A stretch of DNA of 64,000 bases from Chrysomallon squamiferum (taxonomy: Eukaryota; Animalia; Mollusca), in NCBI GenBank assembly GCA_012295275.1, contig CM022672.1, forward strand, positions 1,054,001-1,118,000, read 5' to 3'. Below the pieces are notes generated by a model. It saw nothing but the letters and a program-made list of their open reading frames with translations, made no database searches and was not told the DNA's origin. Of the stretch, positions 1 to 12,400 are shown one piece after another. The position numbers and the translations under genes are program-made. Every line of letters starts with the position of its first letter. The stretch's first letter is position 1.

Positions 1-2383
1 AACCTGCTTCTTTCATTATTGGATGGAAAGTGTCGTTGTTTTTTTTGTTTTTTTTAACAGTTTTTTTTTTTTGCTTAGAACATGTCACTGAAATTTGTGT
101 CAAAATGGTGTAGTTGTTTTGACACAATTCCTCTCTTTTTTAAAAAACTGGATGAAAGTGGAGAAAAGGAAAAACAAACAGAATATATTGTGACTTCAGT
201 TCATGTTGTCTGCCTTTGAGTTAAGCGACAGTCTATGCATTTTAGTTCACTGGTCTATTTTTTTTTTAACATTCTAATGTAAAAAAGAAGAAAAAAATGA
301 GAAAAAGGTAAAGTATCATGTTTTATTGTTTGGAAATTTTTTTTTTTTTGGTTTCTTAAAAATCCATTTATTTCTATCATTCAGTGGATCATGAAGAAGA
401 TACATTTCATGTAAGCTGCGTTTCAGTGTCTTCTCTGTAATGTGCACACATACCAACCCTGCTGCCCACTGTCACACTCTGTTCTTGCTTTAACATCTAG
501 TTTTTGCTATGGAGACCTGACAGTTCCTCTTTTTTGATTGGGGAAAAAAACTGGTGCTTCCAACCATTATTAGAAGATCTTCTGACGTAGAACTTTTTTA
601 ATCATTGATTTGTTTTAATTGATTTGCTTTTTGTTAACATTTTTTTTTTTTTTTTTATGACATTTGCATTTCTTGCTTTTAGTAATAATAACAAATATTC
701 TTAATTGTATGTCATTTTAAAAATTTTATTTAGAATGTTTATTTTACTTGTATCATGAGAGATGTTTTTATTCAGACCTAACATAGGTAATACTGATAAT
801 TAAGATCTGAAACAATATCATTTGTCTTAAGAATAATTAACACAATAAATCTAATTAATTTGTTCTTTCCTTATTATTTTAATTGTTGTTGTTTTTTTAA
901 GTTAATTTGATTTCTTATTATATATATATAACAAAACCTTCAGAGAGTCACAATGGAAGTACATATTTTTAAATGATTACATTAAACCAGCTTCATTATA
1001 TTCTAATTAAGGATAACATTAAGCAGTGCTTGAAATAGTCAGAGTGGATTAATTGCAGAAAGAAACTGGAAATTAGCAGAGGAAGAAAATTAGTCTGTAC
1101 AGGTTGGAGAATTGCTTTAGCTATTCAACAGTTTCTTTTTTCTTCTTTAAAACTGTCGACATTTGTAAAACACTTTTTGGCTAAAGCACACACACATTAA
1201 TTATTTTCCACTTTAAGAAAGAAAATTTGAAGACATGTTTTGAGAAGAGACATCCAATATCCATCTTCATTTTCTTTACTGTAAGCTACAGGTTGATTTA
1301 TTCTGCTTGCCTTAGAAGATTGTGCTGTTCTAAAAAAAAAATTAAAGATTTTGAATGTATGGTTGCTTGTTGAACTCATTTTTACAAAGTTTTGTAATTA
1401 TAATTGTTAAAATCTTTAAACTTAGCAATAAGAAAAAAAAAGAATGAAAAGAAGAAAGTTAAAAAGATGTTAACCATGTAGCTTTGAAATGTAGAAATAA
1501 ATAGACTTAAATCAAAACCAAAAATATAGGACAAAAACTAATGTCTTGAAATTGTGTAGTTGGGGGAAATCAAATTAGGTCAGTTTGAATTTTTTGCTAA
1601 TTGGCTCTGTATTTATTGTCCTAATGTCCTTTCATTTCGTTTTCGTCAAACCATAAGTGTGATAAATTTTTCTAAAAGTGATGGGTTTTAAGAAAGTTTC
1701 AAGTTAAAAAATAATAATGGCTCCTCCTTTATTTTTAAATAAACAAAAGTGCAATTACTTGACTATATGTGCTTGTATGTAGATAATTTTTGTACTTCTT
1801 GGTTTTACAGATTTTATTAAAAGGCAGATTAAATTTCATGTTTCTGTGTGTTGTATGTACTGTGTGTTGATGAAATACATTCAGACTTGTTGCCATTAAC
1901 CAACAACCATCATCCTGCTGGTTAACCATTTAAATGTGAAGATGAGGGAATGGTGGTTCACATGCTTTTGTAATTGTATTTTGTAAAATAAATGAAGAAT
2001 TATAGAGCTTATATAAAACAAAATTTTGAAAGAGTTATGAATATCATTCAATTTTATATTAAAAAAAGTATTATTGATTTAGATACTGTTGTCTTTGGTT
2101 ATAGAAATATTCTTAAACTGACTGGATTGCTGTGTTTTTGATAGGTTAATACTGGGAGAGGTTTGGTATTTTAAAGAATTGATGAAGGATTGTTAATGCA
2201 TATGGTCTAGAGAGATAGGTTAATTTTAAAACTGAATAAAATTCATAAAAAAAAGTAAATGGATTACAAATGGTGTGGTATTTAGAAGTCTGGCTTTTGG
2301 TTGTAGTTATTTTCACAAGTTGTAAAGTGGTTTGGAAATCTGTAAGGGCTGCAGGAAGTTATTATTATGGCAGATCAAGACTA

Positions 2384-2988
2384 CAGTCAAACTTTGTTCT
2401 CTTGAAATTGAATGAAATGGCTTAATCGTATAGATGATGTATAATTTGAATGTATGAGAATATCACCGATTAAATTTAGTTACAAATACTGCTGTTTATG
2501 AAATAATATTTATTAATATCTAATGTAAAAAAATAAAATGATTACAGTTTTGAAAAAGGTCTATTTGTTTTTACTTGTTCATTTTATGCATTAACTTTAA
2601 AATCTTTCATCAGGTTGTCATTAATTTTTTAACAGCAAACTAAACTATTGTGAAAACAGCTGAAGTTGAAATGACGAAAAAACAAAAAACATCCTGGCTT
2701 TTATTTGAAGTGAACCTATCTTTGAATTTTTATTTTACTTCAGATTTTCATGTTTTTAATACTTTTAATAATAGGAAAGAAATAATTGACCATCCTTAAT
2801 TAAAGAAATGCAAAAATGGGCTTAATATTCTTAATATATTCATTAATTCTTATTTTGAAATTTGAGAAATAAGCAGCATGAAATTTCACAAAGGGACCAA
2901 AATTGGAGTGGACAACTGCCAGATTTCTGTGACATTATTTTTAACAAAGACAAACATTATTATTCCCTTTGAAGACAAAGTTTGACTG
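2384..2988. mobile_element. Non-autonomous Tc1/mariner (pogo/Tigger-like) MITE, ~605 bp
   Basis: Perfect 14-bp terminal inverted repeats CAGTCAAACTTTGT (2384-2397) / ACAAAGTTTGACTG (2975-2988), each flanked by TA (2382-2383, 2989-2990), the target-site duplication typical of Tc1/mariner. No transposase ORF inside. Confidence 0.7.
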
Positions 2989-5900
2989 TATATTTAAAAT
3001 TATTTTTAAAAAATATTCATTTTAAATATGGTAGATCTATTCTCATACTCACTGCCATTAACTTTTAGTATTGACACTTTGACAAATAGTTTGATGCTCA
3101 GTCACCTCAAGTGTGTCAACATTGATCATATAACATGTAACACTGATCATGTTAATAATGTATCGTAGGCTATTTATAATCCTGTATTGATTCTGTTCTG
3201 ATTTAAACACATTTACTTGTATAATTATATATCGAGACATTCTTGCTGTGACAAAGTTGCACTTGCGTCATTTGTAACTGATTCATGTTAAGAAAATACC
3301 TATATTTATAAATTTAATTTGTTACAGTTAATGGGGCACCTTCAGACTAATTTGTTAGGCATTACATTAACATCTGTATTGTAAGATTAATTCATTATAA
3401 TTAGAGGTCTGCCATGAACCCGTGTTCCTGAATAACAACATTTAGTCTTTGTATGTACAGGTATTATCAAAATATGATTTCATGTTCATCAGATGTGTGC
3501 AACTTTTCATGATGTGATGATGTTTCATATAGTCTAACAGGCTGCTTGTCAGTTTGTAAATATATTACTGCAGATTGTTCAGCTGCCTGTTGATAACAGC
3601 TTGTAAATACTTTGAACAACCAACACTGTGCATAGTGATGTTGGTTTTTATTGCTTAGTTGCATGGGAATAATTATATCTAGAACATGTTTTTGCTGAAA
3701 CTGATAGCAGTGTAACATTGTTTTTCAGGTCTGCTGCATCACTCTGAAAATTTAGCATCCATTTTTTAAATTACAATTCCTTTTTAAATTTTATTCATTT
3801 ATTTTTTCAAATTATTTATTTACTGATTTATTTTTAACCAGTACCCTTGTTTTTAAACCTAGAACTTTTTTATTATATTGATTTGTTAAACAGTTTAGAA
3901 GCCAGTAAATGAATTGTATTAAATTGCTATACTTGTATATATTCACAGAACAAATACCTGTTTTAATATTTGCTTGAACATACACACTCCTAACTGAATG
4001 GGGAGAAGAAAAGCAACACTTACAACATGATGTACATTGTATGTTATTTTGGCTACTTTTTGCATCTTAAAATGTACAATTTTTAAGTTTTCTCAGAATA
4101 CGTTGTTTTTTCTTTGGATACATTTTCTAGTGACTAAATGTAAATTTTGTTAATGCTTCTGTATAAAAAAAAAAAAAAAAAAGTTAGATGGTGCAATCTT
4201 TTAGCATGATAGTGTTGATTAATTTTAGTAAAAGTTTGTTAATTTACTGATTATAACGTGGTTGTGATTGTGTGACGAGATATGTACCATTTTAAAGATG
4301 AAAGATATAGGAGCTTTTTAAATCAATTTTTTTTTTTTTTCCATATAATCAACTAGAAGCGGCTAATTCGTAGTAAAAAAAAAAAATTCTCTCTTCACCT
4401 TGTTTTTTTCTGTCTCTATCTCTTAGCTACTTTCTAAGTGTCCCCACTGACATGTTGACCTGTAATCCATGATATCATGGGATAACTTTGATATTTTTGC
4501 AAACATGAGCTTTTTAGTCTGCCTGTAATGCTGTGTCAATAAATATGTTAAAATAATCACATTGTTTTGTTTTCTGTAAATCAGGTATGAGTTTTCTGAC
4601 AGTTGGAACTGAAAAAAAATAAAATAAAAAAAATAAAAAAAAATATATAAATTAAGGTCAGGAACAAATAAGATAATGCCATTTGCACAATATTTTGAAC
4701 TTTGGTTCAAAATTATTTTATAAAAGTTAATTACAATAATGATATATTTACCTCTCTAACAATGTATTTTATTATACATGTATATGTATGTGTATATGTA
4801 TGTTTAAAATTGAATAGTTACTGAGCCAGGATATTTCAGTTCAAATGACATAAACATTCAGTGATTGCTTCTTCCTTTCTGTTTGTGTTTTCAGCAAACT
4901 TAACTGTTCGACATTGATTTATAAAACTATGAACTGATAGATCTCAAGATCAGTTCTCAGTGTTCAAAAAAAAAAAATATGTTGATTTTATTTTACTTGT
5001 GCTTTATTTTTAGCAAAGCTTGGTGTTTTGTATTCCACAATTTCTCATAATTATTGTTGATTCCACAGAAAAAACAAATTTCAGCAGTTCTTTTGTTATA
5101 AAAGCTGTTATTTGTTTTGTAAGAAATTTGCTCATGCTGTCTTAAGATGAATCATCAGTGACTTTTGAGCCCCAGTGGAATTAGTAATAACAAAATCTTT
5201 ACAACACTTAGTCGGTACAATTGGTAAAAATAATAGGAGAGCTGTGAAACTTGGTGGAATATTATACTATTTCATGTTAAAGGTCTCCATGTCACATTTC
5301 ATCATTTGATGTTAAAATCATGTTTGTTGTACAAGGTATTTAGTATGGTCATCAACAAGTATTGAATATAATAATTCCAACAGTTCTCTACTCAGTGATG
5401 GCATTGCTATGTACTTAAAGAATGACAACAAAAGGTGACTGTAACTTAATCATTATATTTTTTTATCAAGCAGTATAGAAAGCCATATTTATAATATGAA
5501 CAACAAAAAGAAGAATAAAACAAATATTAAATGTTTTCAAATCATGACTGAAAAAAAATTACAGTACACAAAATATATCTAATTACATCAAAAATTAATA
5601 AATAAAAGTAATTTAAAATGGACAAGACTGAAAACTTCAAGTGAAGCAATGAAAAAAGTTAAAGGCAAATGAAAGAATTAAAACTAACTTCACTCAAGAC
5701 TGTCTGAAGTTATCTTCCTTGAGCACCTCTCATCTGCCAGAGATTTAAAATGCAGCAAATATTCTGAACACACAAAAGTTGAATAATAACCAGTTCAAAC
5801 AGCAATCTACATTTCTATTACAGTAATAACAAAACATTAACTTGTTAATTTTAAACATAAAAATGACAATAATAATAAAAAGAAGGCTATTGATTTAAAA

Positions 5901-6947
5901 ACACAAAAATAAATACAGGAAATCAACAAACATGATTATTAACAATTAAAAAACAAATTTAATAATAAGAAAGAGCCAAAATATCGGGTAAAAAAAAGAA
6001 ATATATATATATATATATAAAACAGGATGATGATGCAACACCTGAACAAGCATCATTACAAAGAAAAGGAAAACCAGTATTTTGATAAATAGCTTTATTT
6101 TAACAACACAAAAACTGTATTATATCAATTTATAAAACAGTAAATGCTGTTATGGGTTTATTTTACACAGGAGGAGGTAGCACATAAAAATTTCCTGGTT
6201 ACAAGTCAAAAGATATAGGCAGTCATGGCTTGAATGTAAATATTATATACTGTATTGATCTGTATTTCCTTTTCCTTTATGAATGCATAATAAAACAATA
6301 AATATTAAACGTCAAATGCTTTATTATGACATTTAATGGTGTATTCTGTTTGTTCAAAAAATATATGTACTTCATAATTTAGTGTTTAGCATTATTTTGT
6401 CTAATTTTACATAGTTTCCTATATCCACTTAATGGCAAGTTTTGAAGCAATGACAGTGTCTAGCTATCTTATCTAAAACCTTAAATCTCTCAACAAGACA
6501 TAGTACAATGTAATGACAGCATTATAAAAATTATAAGGAGTTATATATATTAAATATCTTAGTGATTAAAAGGTGCAACAATGATTTATTGTAATATTAG
6601 CAAAACTACTTAGTAATCAAAATACCTAATTTACACTTCAAATGATATATTTCATCAAATATGAATGAGTGAAATTCATGCATTTTTAAAAGAAATGCTA
6701 AATACATAAAAAAAAAATTGTGGTTTCATATAATTTATTTTATATAAGTAATATTAACAAATAATGAGAAATGAAAGCTGTCATACAAAAAGAAAAAGAA
6801 TGATGACAAAGAATTTAAGTTAAATTTCATGATTCAAAGAATTAAATTTAGTTGTGTGATTTAAAAATGTAATATGAATTTACCTTGGAAGTTACAGTCT
6901 GGAAGCAGATGTCAACATTTTAGCACACACACACTCAGCTATGCTCT

Positions 6948-6985
<38 letters not shown>

Positions 6986-8901
6986 AATAAACAAGTTACT
7001 TTACTGCTTGCACATACAAATTGTTTTTGGCAAAGGATTTCTGTTAAAAATGTTATGAATTAATCTATAAATAAAACATACATCCACACCAACCTAACAA
7101 ATATAGCCATATTATTATAAAATCTGATGGGAACTAAATTGCTGTTTAGTAACCCTGACATTCATGTTCCATGAAATACATTATCACAGTTTTAAAGAGC
7201 AGAATGAAGATATTTTCTTTAAATTCATCCTAATCCTTAACAGGTCATAAAAGGATTAAAACCAAAAGAAAAAAAATGTAATTATTAATCTTTATCCTAA
7301 TTTTCTTTCAGATGAACTTCAACTGATCATCATTAAACTAATATTAACTGATTGTGATTTAAATCTCTTCCATGTTGATTTAAAATCTATATTTAACTTA
7401 AATAATTTCCTACACATTAACCCATTATCTTTACTGCAATGTATTTTATTTTGTATTTATTTTGTTCTCTGCTCTCTCTCTCTCACACATGCACAGTATG
7501 TAATGATAAAAAGATAACATCAGAATTATGCAGTAGAAAGAAACATGATTAAAAAAAAAACATCAGATAAAGATAGTACTAAAATGTATTAGAGCCATGG
7601 AAATTTTCATGTTCCAAACAAAAGTTTCATAAATAGCAGCAAGTTTAATTTGTTATGTAACAATATGCATGTTTGTATTTTATGTTAATAAGCACAGAAG
7701 TTTATACAAGTGCTGCAAACTTATAAATAAACAGACACACATGTCAACACTGTTAAATACATAAATCATTGTTATTATTATAATAGTTTAAATTTACTTT
7801 TATCATAATGATTTATATATTCCTGTTTACATGTGAAATGTAGTTTTGTGTGTGTGTGTGTGTGTGTGAGAGGAACAAATAATTATTTAATGCTTTAATA
7901 AAAATAAACATTAAAACAATTGAATATTTACAATGCAGAGACATAATTACAAAAAATAATTATTAAAAAAACTGAATCAAGTTGAATTTGAAATATATCT
8001 GAAACAGGTTTTGTACATATAAAAAATGCTTTATTTTTATGTTATAGTCGATAAATACATGCATGTAATAAGTACATCTTAAGTAAAAATAACAAATCTG
8101 CTTTCTGAAAATGAATGATTTAAAAATAAAACTGATATTAAAAAAAAAAAAAAAAAAAAAAAAATTTTTTTTTTTTAGACACTACTGCAGTTCAAAAACT
8201 AAAATGATTAACAAGAATTTAAAACACTGTATCTGTATGCATGCATGCACACACACACACACACACACAACACAAATGTAACACAGAATTAAAATATCAC
8301 AATGTTATCTAAAAGTAACGTGTTTTATAAATGAAACTGTCTGTAGCTTACCACTGATTACATAACAATAAAAATAAAAATAAACAAATTAACAGTCCTT
8401 AAAAATCACTGGTGTTTTTACAAATATGAGCACACAAAGCATACAGTTTACTTCTTCCTTCCTCCTCACTCACTCTCACTTCCTTAATCTCTCTGTCATT
8501 CATATAAGCACCTGCACGAATAAAATTATCATTTTAAAATGACCAGATGATCAGATTAAAAAGTTATTTTTGTCTTTAGTTCATGCCATAATGAGACCAC
8601 TTTGAAATCTTTGACAATAAAATTATTTACACAAAATGCATCAATGTTTATTTCATTGATTTGTCATTACTCTGACCAATAAGAGAAACAAAATAATTTT
8701 TGAAAAACTATAAGACAAAAGCAAAAAATATAAAACCATTTATAAAAATTAAAAAACGTTTTTTAACATAATAATTTAAGTTATAAGAACCCCCTTTTGA
8801 GATGATAGGGAAGCTAAAAATATAACTCAACAAAATTTGTACTTTGATCATTTTTTGTTTGGAATCGTGGGTAAATTATGATGATTTAATTAAACAAGAT
8901 G

Positions 8902-8969
8902 TCAGCTTGCTTTGCAGAAGCAAGATCTTGGATTTTTCCAGTCTTTCAAAATAAAAGCTTCTTTTGGTT
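8902..8969 (-). CDS. RAB24: Rab24 last coding exon with C-terminal prenylation cysteines
   Basis: Poly-T tract+cag|(E)[21 protein letters not shown] (TGA 8904-8902). Confidence 0.85.
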
Positions 8970-9102
8970 CTGAAAAAAAAAAAGAAATGTAAAAAAAATG
9001 ACAAAATTTAAAAAGTAATAATAAAATAAAATAATATATTAAAATTTTAAAAATATTCATTTGGTTCTGAAATGTAGTAATAATAACAATAATAACAATA
9101 AC

Positions 9103-9134
<32 letters not shown>

Positions 9135-9408
9135 TGATGATGATGATGATGATGATAAAAACACTCACCATCTGCAACAGGAGCTTTTAGAGAATCAAGA
9201 TAATCTTTTGCAATTTGTGTAAACAATTCATCTGAAATAAATAAATAAATATCAATCAACTGGAACAATACAGTAAATGACCAAGTCAAACATTCAGAGT
9301 AAAATTCAGGTATGCCCAGTTTCCACAAATAGTTTCTGTGATATATATTTATATCTATATATCTGGGAGTGAGGGAGTGAGGGGGAGAGAGAGAGAGAGA
9401 GAGAGGAG

Positions 9409-9456
<48 letters not shown>

Positions 9457-12400
9457 GTTATCTTGACACCATTGTGTGCTACTAATAAAGAATAATAACA
9501 GTTTACAGTCTCTTGAAGATAAGAGATGAAGAAATATTTTTAAATATATTTGCTGCCTCAATTCTTAAAATAATTTTGCCATCTATCATATCAAACCCAG
9601 ATTAGTTTTTTTTTAACATTTTCATCTTTCACAGATTCACACTTACTTATATTCTTTCCTGTCTTACTTGATGTCTCATACATTTCAGCCATTACATCTG
9701 AAATCAATTTTAAAATTTATAATAAATAACAAAAAAATAAAAAAATAAATAAACTAAGTAAAAATAAAATTAATTAATAAATGAATAAAACAAAATAAAA
9801 AAAACTAAACAAAAATCAAAAAAAAAATACATTAAAAAGAAAAAAGAAAAAAAGAAGAAAAACACTAATAATTATCTTCATTGACTTAAATTTTCAATAA
9901 AAATATAAGGATTTTAGAAAGTGTATTTTATAAATTTATATATTTTAGCATATCCAGTAATATAATTTTATGTCACAGACAGAAAATTAATACAGATTTT
10001 TATAAACATGATATATATTTGAAATTCAGTTTTCATCATAAGACAGAAGTCATTGCTGTTATATTTCTTTGAGATAAATGATACTGCTATTTATTTATTT
10101 TTTCTAATTTACTCATTTACTTACCATCTGCTAAAGCTTTTGCAGCTTGTACTTCAACTTTTCTTTGGTCTGGATCAGCCTCAATTAGATCATATTTTGT
10201 TCCACATAAATAGATTCTACAGGACTGGCAATAAATAAATAAGAAATTTATGATTAACAAAAAATATTTTAAATAATTTTTTAAATATTACTGTAAATGA
10301 TCTTATGTACCGTTTGATAAAAATTTCATGAACAAGTAAATATTCTTTACACTGAAACCTATCTCCTCCCTTCATAAAATGTTCTGTCTAAAACCCTTTC
10401 GTTTATTAAAATTAAATATCATTTAAAATTTCATACGTTTTTCTTTTTCTTTTATCACCCCTGACACCTACCTCTTCCTTCAATCCTGGCTCCCATTCCA
10501 AAACTGGACTTAATCAAAATTAGTTTTTATTAAAATGGCATAAGCAGATAAACAGTCTTTCATGGAAATCTACATTTTCCTTTGATCTAAACATTCTTAA
10601 CCCAAGAAACTTATCTCTATCTTTGATTTTGCTCTCCAGTCTAAATCCAGACTTTATCAAAATAAAATATCATCAAAATTTTCATACTCATATTTTTGCC
10701 CCTGTAACTCTCTACCTCTTCCTTCAATGTAAACTGTTCTAGCTAAAACCAGGCTTTATCAAAACTATATATCATTAAAAACTGCATATTTCTTTCACTC
10801 CTAAAACCTACTTCTTCATTCAATGTAAACTGTTCTAGCTAAAACCTGGCCTTATCAAAACTAAATATCGTTAAAAACTGCATATTTCTTTCACTCCTAA
10901 AACCTACCTCTTCTTTTGATCTGAGCTCTCCTATCCAGAACCGCGCTTTATCAAAACTAGATTTGTCTGTTAAATCAAAACACAAAATGGCTGCTGCAGC
11001 TCCCCGATAATAAATACGACTCATAGCTTCATAGCGTTCACTTCCAGCAGTGTCCTGAAATCACAGAGGCACTCAACAGTTCACAAACACATTTAAACAG
11101 ACAGAAGTCACTCAACAGTTCACAAACACATTTAAACAGACAGAAGTCACTCAACAGTTCACAAACACATTTAAACAGGCAAAAGTCACTCAACAGTTCA
11201 CAAACACATTTAAACAGACAAAAGTCACTCAACAGTTCACAAACACATTTAAACAGGCAAAAGTCACTCAACAGTTCACAAACACATTTAAACAGGCAAA
11301 AGTCACTCAACAGTTCACAAACACATTTAAACAGACAGAAGTCACTCAACAGTTCACAAACACATTTAAACAGACAGAAGTCACTCAACAGTTCACAAAC
11401 ACATTTAAACAGACAGAAGTCACTCAACAGTTCACAAACACATTTAAACAGACAGAAGTCACTCAACAGTTCACAAACACATTTAAACAGACAGAAGTCA
11501 CTCAACAGTTCACAAACACATTTAAACAGACAGAAGTCACTCAACAGTTCACAAACACATTTAAACAGACAGAAGTCACTCAACAGTTCACAAACACATT
11601 TAAACAGACAGAAGTCACTCAACAGTTCACAAACACATTTAAACAGACAGAAGTCACTCAACAGTTCACAAACACATTTAAACAGACAAAGAACTTGGGA
11701 GATGGAATCCAGTGAAAGTTCTGGCTGTTTATTTTATATGATCTAAAAAATGTACAACTTTCTTTAATGTTAATGTATTTTACTTTTTATCAGGTTTTTT
11801 AAAACACACTTCCATAGCCTAGTACACATAATTTGTATACCATTCCCTACATACATTATTTTAAATTTTGATTTCTAAATGGTAATTGAATGTACACAAT
11901 TTCTTTAATATATTATTGATTCTTCAATTATTGTACAGTTTTTGTTTATAGAGCTCCACCATACTTTTCCAACCTTGAACACACACCTTTCTTTATTACA
12001 TTATTGAGTTTTCAGTTTATAAGCCTCAATACCATTTTCCTACCTTGAAATGGTTTTGCTGTATCATATTATACATTCTCCAGTAATTGCATAGTCTTTG
12101 ATTAGAGATCCCCAGTATCCTTCCACTACCTCTGAATATACATCTACCTTATTATAATTATTAACAGTAATGTGGAACCTGCCAGCTACCTTAGACATTA
12201 AAAAAAAAAAAAAAAAAAAAAAAGTTTTTAAAGCAATCCTTTTGTTACTGAATAAATAAATTCCAACTTTGTTCTTACCCATATTCCTAGTACTAATGAC
12301 TTTTTTCCAATGTCAACCTTCTTAGCTCCAAATGCTGCACCAATTGTCTAAAAAAAAAAAAAAAACCTTAACAGGTTATATCTTATTAACATAAGTGTAT

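Noticed and set aside
1-8000. Short ORFs of 60-95 aa
   Set aside because: AT-rich, no homology motifs, no consistent splice chain.
11038-11661. 207-aa Cys-rich repeat ORF / CRISPR-like regular repeats
   Set aside because: Simply the translation of a 39-bp tandem minisatellite in an intron. There are no unique spacers and no cas genes, and the context is eukaryotic.
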